NCBI GenBank assembly: GCA_018645085.1
Contig: JABGPG010000136.1
Location: forward strand, 10,603 to 74,602
Length of the DNA stretch: 64,000 bases
From: Deltaproteobacteria bacterium
Lineage (GTDB): Bacteria; SAR324; NAC60-12
Reading direction: 5' to 3'
Shown one piece after another: positions 19,438 through 29,514 of this stretch. Numbering within the stretch: position 1 is the first letter of the stretch; the number at the start of each line of letters is the position of its first letter. The notes under the pieces are model-generated. The model saw only the letters and a program-made list of their open reading frames with translations. It was not told where the DNA came from and did not search any database. Both the position numbers and the translations under genes were made by a program.

Positions 19438-19528
19438 GTATTACCTGTTTATGCAAAAAATAATTTGGTGATGATCTTATTAAAACTCCTTATTATGATG
19501 CACGCATCAGACAAAGGCAACATTATTT

Positions 19529-20236
19529 TTACTTTTTATTAGATTCTTCTTCAGGTGCAGGCAGAGCGGCGCGTTTTTTTAATTCAAGTAATTCAACATC
19601 TAAATCTGTAGAGTCATGTTCCAACTCTTCAAATTTACTTTCCAAACTATCTTTATCAGACTCAAGGCTTATTTCCTGATATGCTTCTGCACGGGCCTGC
19701 ATATTTTCCACTTTTTCTTCCATCCTCTCAATCGTTTCCATAGTTCCTGAAGTATCTCCAAGCCCCTCCATGGTTTGATATATTTTTTCCTGAGCTTCAG
19801 CCTGTTTTTGTTTAGCAGATAAGATCCCTTTCTTACGTTTTATCTCATCTATTTTATCTTCCATAGTCTGGTAACTGTTCCGGAGGGCTTCCGCATTGTG
19901 CCGGTGCATTTCCAGTTGTTTTTCAAAATCTACGGCCCGTCTGAGGTATTCTGATTTTCTTGTCAGGGCTTCTTTTGCTAAATCATCTTTTTCATTTTGT
20001 ACCGCGAGGATTGCCTTTTTCTCCCATTTATCTGCTTCTTTATGTTCCTTTTCAGTATCGCGTTCCAAACCTTTCTGTAAGGCTAATGCCTCAGTCATCT
20101 GCTGTTTCGCTTTTCTTTTTTGAACCTCGAGATCAGCAATCATTTGCTGAAGCATTTTTCCAGGATCTTCTGCTTTGTCCAGCAAGTCATTTGCATTTGA
20201 ACGAAACAGGTTGAATAAGCGCTGTATAATTCCCAT
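19529..20236 (-). CDS. pspA: PspA/IM30 family protein
   Basis: MGIIQRLFNLFRSNANDLLDKAEDPGKML, DDLAKEAL, long coiled coil. Confidence 0.92.
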   Translation of the reverse strand: MGIIQRLFNLFRSNANDLLDKAEDPGKMLQQMIADLEVQKRKAKQQMTEALALQKGLERDTEKEHKEADKWEKKAILAVQNEKDDLAKEALTRKSEYLRRAVDFEKQLEMHRHNAEALRNSYQTMEDKIDEIKRKKGILSAKQKQAEAQEKIYQTMEGLGDTSGTMETIERMEEKVENMQARAEAYQEISLESDKDSLESKFEELEHDSTDLDVELLELKKRAALPAPEEESNKK

Positions 20237-20257
20237 AAGTATTACGGATTGATGAAT

Positions 20258-21952
20258 TTAGAAAAGTTGTTTGCGTTTGTTTGAGGGCAGGATATTGAGT
20301 GCTTCACGATACTTTGCGACTGTTCTGCGAGCGACTTTTATACCGCTTTGCCGCTCAAGAATATCTGCAATCTGCAGGTCAGTATAAGGTGATTTTAAGT
20401 CTTCTTTCTGTACCATTTGCATGATCATATCTTTGATACGTTTTGAAGAAACAGCATCTCCTCTACCTTGATCGATACCACTGGTGAAGAAATATTTTAG
20501 TTCAAATATTCCCTGAGGTGTATGTACATATTTGTTAGTGGTGATTCGACTGACGGTAGACTCATGTACGTCTATATCTTCTGCAACGTCCTTTAGTACA
20601 AGCGGGCGCAAGAAGTGGATACCGTGCTCAAAGAATTTCTTTTGAAAACGCAGAATACTTTTTGTCACACGGTAAATTGTTTTTTGTCTTTGTTCGATAC
20701 TTTTGAGCAACCATTGTCCTGCTTTGACTTTTTCTAAAATGTAATCTTTGGTGAGGCTGCCGTCATCCACCATCGTACTACTCAAATCCTTATAATAATT
20801 ACTGATTCGCAACCGAGGCATACCTGCGGAGTTTAACGCGACTTTATATTCATTGTCCTTTTGATAGATGTAGACATCAGGAATTATGTAATGGTGTGAG
20901 GGGTTTGGAATAAACTCACGTCCCGGTTTTGGTTCAAGGGACATGATCAGACGATAAGACTCGATCACTTGTTCAAGGTCCTGTTTCTGCCTTCGCGCTA
21001 TTTTTTTCAGATCCTTTGATTCCAACAAAGGCATGTCATGTTTGACAATACGAGAGCATAAGTTTTCGCTTTCACCTAAAATATCCAACTGGATCAAGAG
21101 GCATTCCTGCAAACTTCTTGCGCCTACTCCATTTGGATTAAATTGTTGAATTATTCCCAGAACATATTCCACGAATGAGCAAGCTGCTATAGAAACTTCA
21201 GGTTTTTTTGGCTCTTCTTCCAGAATTTCTTCGTATTCTTCAAAGTCAACAACATCAGTCTTTTTGTTTTTTTTCTTCTGGGTTGTTTTGCTTGTTTGAA
21301 ACCGGAGGTCCAGCAAATCAGCATCAATTTCCGGAAGTTCAGGCAACTCTCCGTTTTTGACACTCTGGTTGATTTGATCGTACAAATCACGCTGTGATTC
21401 CAAAAGTTCACGTACACTAGTTACTAGAAAACCATCATCATCAATGTTGCCGATTAAGAAGGCACCAGTTCTATATTCCAGTGGAGAAAGTTCCTGCATG
21501 TCTAACTGCCAGACAAGGTGATCAGCCAGGGATTCTGTTTGTGCTGCAGTGGCCTCCAGAGAAGGGCTATCCTCGTCATCAGAAGCTATATTATAGCGTC
21601 TTTCCTGGTAACCACCGAATTGTTCGACCTGTTCTATATACTGCTGCCAGTCAATCTCATCCTGATCATTATTTTTATCTTCATTCTCACGGGCAGTTTC
21701 GAAATCTTCCGTATCTGCTACTACTTCCGGACTTTCAGGGTTTTCGGCTGTTTCAGCAGAATCGTCTGTTTTGTTGGGAAAGGTGTCCATGTCTATACCC
21801 TCCTCAAGAACTGGATTTTCGATTAGAGTTTGTTCAATTAACTCTTCCAGTTCTGTTCGTGACAATTGCAAAAGTTTGATAGCCTGCTGCAACTGTGGGG
21901 TCATGATCAGCTGCTGGCTCATCTTCATTTGCATTTTCATCTGCATTGCCAT
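20258..21952 (-). CDS. rpoN: RNA polymerase sigma-54 factor
   Basis: MTPQLQQAIKLLQL, HESTVSR, RpoN box ARRTVAKYRE. Confidence 0.97.
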   Translation of the reverse strand: MAMQMKMQMKMSQQLIMTPQLQQAIKLLQLSRTELEELIEQTLIENPVLEEGIDMDTFPNKTDDSAETAENPESPEVVADTEDFETARENEDKNNDQDEIDWQQYIEQVEQFGGYQERRYNIASDDEDSPSLEATAAQTESLADHLVWQLDMQELSPLEYRTGAFLIGNIDDDGFLVTSVRELLESQRDLYDQINQSVKNGELPELPEIDADLLDLRFQTSKTTQKKKNKKTDVVDFEEYEEILEEEPKKPEVSIAACSFVEYVLGIIQQFNPNGVGARSLQECLLIQLDILGESENLCSRIVKHDMPLLESKDLKKIARRQKQDLEQVIESYRLIMSLEPKPGREFIPNPSHHYIIPDVYIYQKDNEYKVALNSAGMPRLRISNYYKDLSSTMVDDGSLTKDYILEKVKAGQWLLKSIEQRQKTIYRVTKSILRFQKKFFEHGIHFLRPLVLKDVAEDIDVHESTVSRITTNKYVHTPQGIFELKYFFTSGIDQGRGDAVSSKRIKDMIMQMVQKEDLKSPYTDLQIADILERQSGIKVARRTVAKYREALNILPSNKRKQLF

Positions 21953-22068
21953 GAATCCTCGCTATCCTAATTTCACGTTTGAGAGAAGTATTTTCAAAAG
22001 ATACTTTTTGTGGATGTTATTAATTTGCTTGCTAATAGTTTCGCTCCAAATTGAAGTAAAAGTCAAAC

Positions 22069-22797
22069 CTACATCGAGAAAGACTTGCCGAGGTAAACTT
22101 TTCGTGCCTGATCATTTTCGACCAATTCATCCGGAGTACCGCCAACCAGCAACTCTCCTTCGTTCATAATATAACCATAATCGATTATACCGAATGTTTC
22201 TCTGACATTATGGTCAGTGATCAGAATACCTATATTACGTTTCGCCAACTGCTGGACAATGGTTTGAATATCTGCGACCGCAATTGGATCAACACCTGCA
22301 AATGGTTCATCGAGCAGCATGATTGCCGGCTCCAATACCAGTGCACGGGCTATTTCTGCACGTCGACTTTCTCCTCCGGATAGAGCATAACCTTTTATTT
22401 TTCGCACGTGCTGTATACCAAGTTCATTCAGCAGTGAATCCAGACGTTCCCGTTTTTCCGTACGGCTCAACGGCAGCATTTCAAGGACTGCATTCAGGTT
22501 TTCTTCAACAGTTAGTTTTCTGAAAATGGATCGTTCCTGAGAAAGATATCCAAGTCCGGCTTTTGCACGGCGGTGCATGGGATAATTGGTAATATCCTGA
22601 CCGTCTAAAAGGATAGTTCCTTCGTCAGGACGCTGCACACCAACTATCATATAAAATGTGGTGGTTTTACCTGCTCCGTTAGGTCCAAGCAAACCAACTA
22701 CCTGACCTTGTGCTACTTCAAGTGAGATGCCTTTGACCGCATGTCTGCCCTTGTAAGACTTTTTAAGATGAGTGGCCACTAATTTACTTGTGCTCAA
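22069..22797 (-). CDS. lptB: LPS export ABC transporter ATP-binding protein
   Basis: GPNGAGKTTTFY, LSGGESRR, LDEPFAGVDP, ITDHNVRE; upstream of rpoN; TTG start. Confidence 0.95.
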   Translation of the reverse strand: MSTSKLVATHLKKSYKGRHAVKGISLEVAQGQVVGLLGPNGAGKTTTFYMIVGVQRPDEGTILLDGQDITNYPMHRRAKAGLGYLSQERSIFRKLTVEENLNAVLEMLPLSRTEKRERLDSLLNELGIQHVRKIKGYALSGGESRRAEIARALVLEPAIMLLDEPFAGVDPIAVADIQTIVQQLAKRNIGILITDHNVRETFGIIDYGYIMNEGELLVGGTPDELVENDQARKVYLGKSFSM

Positions 22798-22821
22798 ACG
22801 AAGTCCCCTACTAACTCTGAA

Positions 22822-22850
22822 TTGACAAAAATTTAAATTATTTGTATAAT
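22822..22850 (+). promoter_or_regulatory. Consensus sigma70 promoter
   Basis: Perfect TTGACA-N17-TATAAT upstream of the FmdB gene. Confidence 0.75.
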
Positions 22851-22896
22851 ATTTTCTGCTTTAGTTAATTTTTGATTGTAGCAGAAAGAGAACAAT

Positions 22897-23241
22897 ATGC
22901 CAATCTATGAATATCTCTGTAAAAGTTGCGGACACGAGTTTGAGGAAGTGCAGAAGTTCAGTGACCCTTCACTGGATGAATGTCCTGATTGTGGAAAAAA
23001 CACTGCAGAACGTCAAGTATCGATGAGCTCATTTCACCTTAAAGGTGGTGGTTGGTACAAAGATGGTTATTCCAGTAATAAATCAGAGTCCGAAAAATCC
23101 GACAATGATAAAAGTTCTTCAAAAAAGAAGGAAACGTCAACTTCAGAAAAGTCGTCGACAGAAAAGTTGAGTAAAACGGAAAAGAAAGATTCAACTTCGA
23201 ACAAAAATTCCAAAAATACCAGCAAAGAAAAAGCCGCCTAA
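22897..23241 (+). CDS. FmdB-family zinc-ribbon protein with Ser/Lys-rich tail
   Basis: MPIYEYLCKSCGHEFE...CPDCG...FHLKGGGWY. Confidence 0.9.
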   Translation: MPIYEYLCKSCGHEFEEVQKFSDPSLDECPDCGKNTAERQVSMSSFHLKGGGWYKDGYSSNKSESEKSDNDKSSSKKKETSTSEKSSTEKLSKTEKKDSTSNKNSKNTSKEKAA

Positions 23242-23279
23242 TCTTATCTCTGCTACTTCCTTTAGCGTAATTCCTGCTC

Positions 23280-23957
23280 ATGCAATTGTTTTTCCGGCAT
23301 ACTTTAATATTAGTCTGGAAAGATGTGCTGATTGATTTACGACGCAAGGATAACTTATTGTCAATCCTGTTATTCTCTATTCTGACATTACTGGTTTTTC
23401 AATTTGCACTGGGCGAGGAACCTGAAGTGTTCCTGTTGGCACTTCCGGGGGTTATCTGGATTGTGTTTTTGATGAGTGGAGTACTCGGACTTGGGAAATC
23501 ATATGTACAGGAAACGGAAACAGGCTGCATGGGTGGTTTGTTAACTGCTCCTGTAGACCGCAGTGTGTTGTTTTTAGGTAAAATGCTGGCAAACACTGTT
23601 TTCCTTTTGCTGTCTCAAATGCTGTTTATACCATTATGTCTTTTTCTATTTGAGATAGAGGTACGGAACTGGCTGGAGTTGTTGCTAGTTTTACTTTTTG
23701 GAACAGTAGGATTCAGTTCATTAGGCACCTTGCTGACAGCAATGACGGCAACTGTGCGTGGGAAAGAAATGCTGTTGCCAATTTTGATTTTCCCGTTGAT
23801 GGTTCCAAGTCTTTTGTGTGTTGTCCGGCTCACGGATTTTCTTTTTTTTGGATCTCATCCTGAAGAAGTCTGGTCCTGGTGGAAATTACTGTTGAGTTTT
23901 GACGTGGTTCTCTTCACTCTCTCATTGCTTGGCTTTGAGTTTGTTGTAGAGGAATAG
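23280..23957 (+). CDS. ccmB: Heme exporter protein B
   Basis: WKDVLIDLRRK, ETETGCMGGL, FLGK, LLPILIFPL; about six TM segments. Confidence 0.88.
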   Translation: MQLFFRHTLILVWKDVLIDLRRKDNLLSILLFSILTLLVFQFALGEEPEVFLLALPGVIWIVFLMSGVLGLGKSYVQETETGCMGGLLTAPVDRSVLFLGKMLANTVFLLLSQMLFIPLCLFLFEIEVRNWLELLLVLLFGTVGFSSLGTLLTAMTATVRGKEMLLPILIFPLMVPSLLCVVRLTDFLFFGSHPEEVWSWWKLLLSFDVVLFTLSLLGFEFVVEE

Positions 23958-24031
23958 TGAAATTACACATAAAATCTCTTGCATTTTTTCACTGTCCAGC
24001 TAGAATAAAAAGCCTTAATTACTGGTTGTTT

Positions 24032-24106
24032 TGGGGCGTAGCCAAGTGGTAAGGCATCGGGTTTTGATCCCGTGATTCGCAGGTTCGATCCCTGCCGCCC
24101 CAGCCA
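24032..24106 (+). tRNA. tRNA-Gln(TTG)
   Basis: TGGGGCGTAGCCAAGTGGTAAGGCATCGGGTTTTGATCCCG...GGTTCGATCCCTGCCGCCCCAGCCA: cloverleaf, TTG anticodon, encoded CCA. Confidence 0.95.
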
Positions 24107-24177
24107 GTAAATCAGCTCAGTGCATCTGTTTTCTTCTCTTTCAGTCCACCCTGCATTGGGAAAATCCCTCCTGACAC

Positions 24178-24990
24178 ATGACTGAAATATCCCATCTCAA
24201 ATATATACAATGGCGTCCGATTGGTGTCTGTGATACAGGTACAGGAAAGGAACGCAAGGCCAAGATGTTTTCCAGATTTGATCTGGCCTGCGTGACTGCT
24301 CCGGAAGTTAAACGAGAAAACTGGCGCGAGCATCCTAAAGTCATGGAACTTATTCAGCGCTATGCACACGATGTGGCCGAGCTTTCAAGTTTAACTAAAG
24401 GCATGCAAGCACCGGAAATTGCTGAAATTAAGCTCGTTGGTGCCGTCCTTGGTCATGATAAAACACCGAACCTGAATCTGGAATCGGCAGACGGTAAAGT
24501 TCAGTTTTTTCAGGTTAGTTTCAAAGATGCAAAAACAAAAAAATCTCCCAAAAAATGGAAAAAATGGCTGAAATGGATTTTAATCTCAATGGTTACATTT
24601 TTAGTGATGATTTTGATATTAATGCTGATAAACCGATTGTCATTGTTATCTTTAAAAAACAATAAGTCGTCTGCTTCAGCCTGCAGTTCTAGCAGACAGA
24701 GTGCTGCATATACTGCAGATTTAGCTGAGATTCGAAAATCTCTGTTGACAGAATTAAATCGTCTTCCGGCATGGTTAACTTTTAAAGAAGCTCGTGTACA
24801 TTGTACAGGAGGTAGAATGGGGGTCAAGCAACACGAACAGCGTTTACTACAGTGTTTGTTGACAGTCCGTAACCGCACCAAAAATATTCCGGTTGCTGCC
24901 AGGCCGAATCTCAATCAAATAGAAGCTTGTGCTGTTACTCTCTGCAAACGAAAACTTCCACATTTAGCTTCATCGTGCAAAAGATTGTAA
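24178..24990 (+). CDS. Hypothetical single-pass membrane protein with Cys-rich C-terminal domain
   Basis: Basic KKWKKW run, one TM segment, six C-terminal cysteines; no family recognised. Confidence 0.6.
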   Translation: MTEISHLKYIQWRPIGVCDTGTGKERKAKMFSRFDLACVTAPEVKRENWREHPKVMELIQRYAHDVAELSSLTKGMQAPEIAEIKLVGAVLGHDKTPNLNLESADGKVQFFQVSFKDAKTKKSPKKWKKWLKWILISMVTFLVMILILMLINRLSLLSLKNNKSSASACSSSRQSAAYTADLAEIRKSLLTELNRLPAWLTFKEARVHCTGGRMGVKQHEQRLLQCLLTVRNRTKNIPVAARPNLNQIEACAVTLCKRKLPHLASSCKRL

Positions 24991-25010
24991 TCAGCAAAAA
25001 TCATTTATTG

Positions 25011-25039
25011 TTGACAGAAAAACAAACTAAGCATAGAAT
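25011..25039 (+). promoter_or_regulatory. Candidate sigma70 promoter of the MaoC/CaiB cluster
   Basis: TTGACA-N17-TAGAAT. Confidence 0.6.
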
Positions 25040-25129
25040 TTTTTTAGCACTTTGTATTAAACTGCAACCAGAAGCTTTCCACAGAGAAAGATAAAAAAGC
25101 AAAAACTACGCTAAGCAGATCCATAAAAA

Positions 25130-25573
25130 ATGATCGATAAAAAACACATAGGTTACAATTTTCCGCCTGTTACTATACCTGTTGAAGAAGGGCGCTTAAA
25201 ATTTTTAGCAAAATCACTTGGAGAAACCAAGGCAATTTATACAGATCCGGATGCAGCAAAAGCAGCAGGATATCCTGGCTTGTTGGCTCCTCCAACCTTC
25301 CCGTTCATGCTGGAAATTGATGCCTTAGATTTGGTGGATTTTATGAGTGTTCTTGGAGAAACGCTGGAAAAATTACTGCACGGTGAAGAAAATTTCAACT
25401 ACTATGCGCCAATTTACGCCGGTGACAGTATAACTGTTCGTAAAAGAATCACCGATATTATTGATAAAAAAGGAGGCGCTTTGCAATTCGTGATTTCAGA
25501 CAATACTTTCACAAATCAGCACGGTAAAATTGTCGCTGAAACGAGAACCAATTATGTTTTCAGGCATCAATAA
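25130..25573 (+). CDS. MaoC-family dehydratase N-terminal (hot-dog) subunit
   Basis: APPTF, LLHGEE, YYAPIYAGD. Confidence 0.85.
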   Translation: MIDKKHIGYNFPPVTIPVEEGRLKFLAKSLGETKAIYTDPDAAKAAGYPGLLAPPTFPFMLEIDALDLVDFMSVLGETLEKLLHGEENFNYYAPIYAGDSITVRKRITDIIDKKGGALQFVISDNTFTNQHGKIVAETRTNYVFRHQ

Positions 25574-25579
25574 AATATC

Positions 25580-25996
25580 ATGACTCAACCAACATACGAC
25601 TCTTTAAAAGTAGGGGACGAAATTCCCACGCTGACAACTCCTTCAGTTTCCCGGCACACTCTTGCACTTTATTGCGGTGCTTCCGGAGACCATAATCCAA
25701 TTCATGTTGATCTTGATTTCGCAAAAAAATCAGGACTGGATGACGTGATCGCACATGGAATGCTATCCGCGGGTTATCTCGCCCAAATGCTCACTAACTG
25801 GGTTCCTCAATCTGCTCTCAGAAGCTTTAATAACCGTTTCACCGCAATGACTCAAATAGGTGACACTGTGTCCTGCAGCGGAAAAATTGTTGAGAAATTT
25901 GAGAAAGATGATGAAAAATTTGTGCGTCTTGAACTTTACTCAAATACACCGCAGGCACAGACAATCGTCGCTGAAGCAGTGCTTGTCTTAGCATAA
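25580..25996 (+). CDS. MaoC-family (R)-enoyl-CoA hydratase catalytic subunit
   Basis: SGDHNPIH...IAHGM hydratase-2 motif. Confidence 0.9.
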   Translation: MTQPTYDSLKVGDEIPTLTTPSVSRHTLALYCGASGDHNPIHVDLDFAKKSGLDDVIAHGMLSAGYLAQMLTNWVPQSALRSFNNRFTAMTQIGDTVSCSGKIVEKFEKDDEKFVRLELYSNTPQAQTIVAEAVLVLA

Positions 25997-25997
25997 A

Positions 25998-27194
25998 ATG
26001 TCCGCTCCACTTTCCTCAATAAAAATTCTCGACTTTTCGACTTTGCTGCCGGGTCCTTATGCATCAATGATGCTGGCGGATTTAGGTGCAGAAGTATTAA
26101 GGATAGAATCACCCACACGTCCGGATTTAGTGAGAATGCTGCCGCCACGAGTTAAAGGCGGTTCTGCGACTCATGGGACACTGAATCGTTCAAAACACTC
26201 TCTGGCTTTAAACCTGAAAAAACCTGAGGCAGTTAAAATTGTTCAACAATTGGTTAGCAAATATGATATTGTTTTGGAACAATTCCGACCGGGAGTAATG
26301 AAACGGCTCGGGCTGGATTATGATGAACTCCGCAAACACAATCCTGCACTAATCTTTTGTTCACTAACAGGTTACGGGCAAACAGGACCTTACCGAAACC
26401 GTGCAGGTCACGATCTAAATTATCTCGCCATTTCCGGAGTCAGTAATTATAGTCGCCGAAAAAATGAATCCCCTGTACCGCTGGGAATCCAGGTTGCAGA
26501 TGTCGCTGGTGGTTCATATCATTCTGTAATGGGTATTTTAGCCGCAGTGATACACCGTCAGCAGACTGGAGAAGGACAAGCGCTTGATATAAGTATGTCA
26601 GACGCAATGTTCAGTATGAATATATTCGAAGGCGCAAATTGGCTCGCTGGTGCGCCTGAAGCTCAACCGGAATCGACTTGGCTCAACGGTGGGACGTTTT
26701 ATGATTATTATCAAACCAGGGATGAACGTTGGATTTCAGTGAGCAGTTTAGAACCTCAATTTTTTAGCGCTTTGCTGAATGCAATGGAACTTCCGGAAAC
26801 TTTGCTGCAAACCGCTTTTGATGATGCAGAAGCTCAAACACAGTTAAAGAAGATACTCCAAAAAAGATTTTTGGAACGACCATGGTCTGAATGGGAAACA
26901 GTTTTTGCAGACATTGATGCATGTGTTGAATTGGTGTTGGAGTTTCCAGAGGCAATGGAACATCAGCATTTTAAGGATCGAGAAATGATTACCGAGGTAC
27001 CTGATTCAGATGGAGCACTGCATAAACAAATTGCATCACCATTTAAGTTTTCTACATGCAAAGCAGAGTATCGTCACGTTGGTGCTGAACTTGGTGAACA
27101 AACTGAGATGGTCTTGAAAGATCTAGGCTATACTGAACAACAATTCGAAAAACTAAAAAATGATGGTGTTTGTGCAGACAATAAAACCAGTTAA
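25998..27194 (+). CDS. CaiB/BaiF family III CoA-transferase or acyl-CoA racemase-like protein
   Basis: LPGPYASMMLADLGAEV, FRPGVMKRLGL, AGHDLNYLA, ADVAGG. Confidence 0.9.
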   Translation: MSAPLSSIKILDFSTLLPGPYASMMLADLGAEVLRIESPTRPDLVRMLPPRVKGGSATHGTLNRSKHSLALNLKKPEAVKIVQQLVSKYDIVLEQFRPGVMKRLGLDYDELRKHNPALIFCSLTGYGQTGPYRNRAGHDLNYLAISGVSNYSRRKNESPVPLGIQVADVAGGSYHSVMGILAAVIHRQQTGEGQALDISMSDAMFSMNIFEGANWLAGAPEAQPESTWLNGGTFYDYYQTRDERWISVSSLEPQFFSALLNAMELPETLLQTAFDDAEAQTQLKKILQKRFLERPWSEWETVFADIDACVELVLEFPEAMEHQHFKDREMITEVPDSDGALHKQIASPFKFSTCKAEYRHVGAELGEQTEMVLKDLGYTEQQFEKLKNDGVCADNKTS

Positions 27195-27205
27195 TTGGAG
27201 AATTT

Positions 27206-28756
27206 ATGCCAACTAAGCATGAAATGACTTCAGTTACAGGCAAGCTGAATATACGTTACATTTTTGGGATGAAGCTCCGTAACTTCAGACAAGAAAAAGA
27301 TTATGGCCTGAAGGAACTTGCAGCACTGACAGGATTATCTGCGTCTTATATTAATGAAATTGAAAAAGGTAAAAAATATCCTAAAGCAGAAAAGATAATG
27401 ATGCTGGCAGATGGATTAGGTGTTGCTTATGACGACCTGGTCTCAATCAGTATGACAGGTCGGCTTGGTCAAATCTCAGAATTATTTTTTTCATCATCAG
27501 TATTGGGATCCTTTCCTTTTCAACTTTTTGGAATCACATTTGAAAATGTGATGGAGCTTTTTACGGCATCACCGAAGAAAGCCGCCGCGCTCATCAGTAC
27601 ATTAATGGAGATTTCAAGAGCGTATGACATGAATGTTGAGCAGTTCTTTTTAGCATCTTTACGGGCTTTTCAGGAAATGCACAACAACTACTTTGAGGAG
27701 TATGAAGAGTTGGCAGAAGAGTTTGCACGCAAACAGAAATGGAAACGTTTTCCGCCGCCCACCCGTGAAGAACTGATAGACACCCTCAGTAAGGTTCACG
27801 GAGTTGAAGCGAGAGTTGCGGATTTTTCAAGATATCCTGAACTGTCCGGGCAACGTTTTATTTTTCTACCAGGCAAGCCTCCGCAGTTATTGTTAAACGG
27901 TCAACTCACTCCCTCCCAGCATGTCTATTCAATGGCTTTACAAATCGGCTATTCTGAGTTGAAAATCCGCAAGCGTCTCCGTACTTCTCCCTGGAAAAAA
28001 TTCGATAGTTTCGACCATGTTATGGACAATTTCAGGGCTTCTTATTTTGCAGGTGCTTTGATGATAAATCGTTTTCAGGCAAAGGAAGAAGTTCAGGAAT
28101 TATTTCAGTCAGAAACATGGGATGGTGACGCTATTTTAAAGTTACTCAAACGTCATGAAGTTACTCCGGAAACATTTCTGCACCGTCTCAGTCAGATTCT
28201 TCCCGGACTGTTCAAAATAACGGAGCTGCATTATTTGCGTTTTGAGCATCAGATTGGGAAAAATGATATTCAACTGACCAAGGAATTGAACATGCCTAGA
28301 ACTTTAGTGCCGAGCGGTGTCCGTTTAAATGAGCACTATTGTCGACGTTGGTTACCGGTGTCTTTACTCAAAGATTTGGAAGAAGAACAGACTAAGCAGA
28401 AACCTGAAAAAATAATAATTCGTGCGCAGAGAGCACAGTTTATGGAAAGTGGAGACGAGGTGCTTTTTATTTCCATTGGACGACCATTGCGTTTAAAAAC
28501 AAAAATGAACCGCTGTGTCTCGCTTGGATTGAGGGTTGATAAAGCTCTGAAAGGAAAAGTTAAATTTTTAAATGATCCAAAAATCCCTGTAATGGAAGTT
28601 AATCAAACCTGTGAGCGCTGTCCCCTCGATGAGAGTCAGTGTTCAGTCAGGACTGCTCCGCACAATGTATACACAAGGGAAAAGAAAGAAGAACTATTAA
28701 ATCAAAGACTGGGAAATCTTGTCACCGATTATCGTGAAAAAAATCTTAAAATTTAA
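27206..28756 (+). CDS. XRE-family regulator, RamB/short-chain acyl-CoA regulator-like
   Basis: N-terminal XRE HTH, MHNNYFEE, YFAGAL, HYCRRW, C-terminal TCERC...CxxR. Confidence 0.8.
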   Translation: MPTKHEMTSVTGKLNIRYIFGMKLRNFRQEKDYGLKELAALTGLSASYINEIEKGKKYPKAEKIMMLADGLGVAYDDLVSISMTGRLGQISELFFSSSVLGSFPFQLFGITFENVMELFTASPKKAAALISTLMEISRAYDMNVEQFFLASLRAFQEMHNNYFEEYEELAEEFARKQKWKRFPPPTREELIDTLSKVHGVEARVADFSRYPELSGQRFIFLPGKPPQLLLNGQLTPSQHVYSMALQIGYSELKIRKRLRTSPWKKFDSFDHVMDNFRASYFAGALMINRFQAKEEVQELFQSETWDGDAILKLLKRHEVTPETFLHRLSQILPGLFKITELHYLRFEHQIGKNDIQLTKELNMPRTLVPSGVRLNEHYCRRWLPVSLLKDLEEEQTKQKPEKIIIRAQRAQFMESGDEVLFISIGRPLRLKTKMNRCVSLGLRVDKALKGKVKFLNDPKIPVMEVNQTCERCPLDESQCSVRTAPHNVYTREKKEELLNQRLGNLVTDYREKNLKI

Positions 28757-28760
28757 AATA

Positions 28761-29510
28761 CTAAAGCGGAAAAAAGTAATTAAGATAGATCGTGTGTAAT
28801 TGACTTTGCTTCAAAAAAGGATTAGAAGCAGAATCAGAGAGGAAAGCTAACTGTTGGCCCAGCGAAAAACGATAATATATTAATAAATTGGAAGTGACGA
28901 AATAGGACACTCCGGTTTCTATAGCAAGAGCGATTTCATCTTCATAAGCATCATTACTGTCAGTTCCCGCAAAACGGGTTTTAGTAAACTGCAGCCCTGT
29001 ACCATAGTGCAAGTATAAGTCACGGCTGATTTTCGGGTATTGTATGTACCAGAAATTATTTTGGATTACCTCAAGTTTTTCTCCGGATTCTGCTAGATAA
29101 CTAAAAGATTCCGAGTGTTCAACAATCGAAATTTGCCTTTCATATTCTACTACCTGCTCATCCCAAAAATATCCCAAATTAAAGCCGATTCCGTTTGCAG
29201 TACCGTCTGAATCCGAAATACTGACTGTATCTGCTACTTGAAGCTTCACCCTACGGAATCCTACGCCAAAATAGAATCCGATTCCTTGAGCAGAAGTTCC
29301 GGAGACAAAAAAATCGGGTTCCTGAGTTGCAGTCCGTGCCTCTAAACTACGCTCTTCCATTTCACTTTGCTCAAGAGGAAGCTGTTCCTGTGCGTGAATT
29401 TCTACTGCAAAAAAAATTAAACAGCATAAAATCAACATGAACAGGACAGACTGGTGAATTGCAGTCTTCCTCAAGTTTTTTAAAGTAGATGGGCAACTAT
29501 TGTTTTTCAT
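28761..29510 (-). CDS. Putative outer-membrane beta-barrel protein
   Basis: Signal peptide, alternating aromatic beta-strands, C-terminal YLNYFFPL; downstream of lptD. Confidence 0.6.
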   Translation of the reverse strand: MKNNSCPSTLKNLRKTAIHQSVLFMLILCCLIFFAVEIHAQEQLPLEQSEMEERSLEARTATQEPDFFVSGTSAQGIGFYFGVGFRRVKLQVADTVSISDSDGTANGIGFNLGYFWDEQVVEYERQISIVEHSESFSYLAESGEKLEVIQNNFWYIQYPKISRDLYLHYGTGLQFTKTRFAGTDSNDAYEDEIALAIETGVSYFVTSNLLIYYRFSLGQQLAFLSDSASNPFLKQSQLHTIYLNYFFPL

Positions 29511-29514
29511 CTAA

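Noticed and set aside
24032..28756. Integrated element at tRNA-Gln
   Set aside because: No integrase, no duplicated tRNA 3' end found, and TCCGGA density is similar to the backbone.
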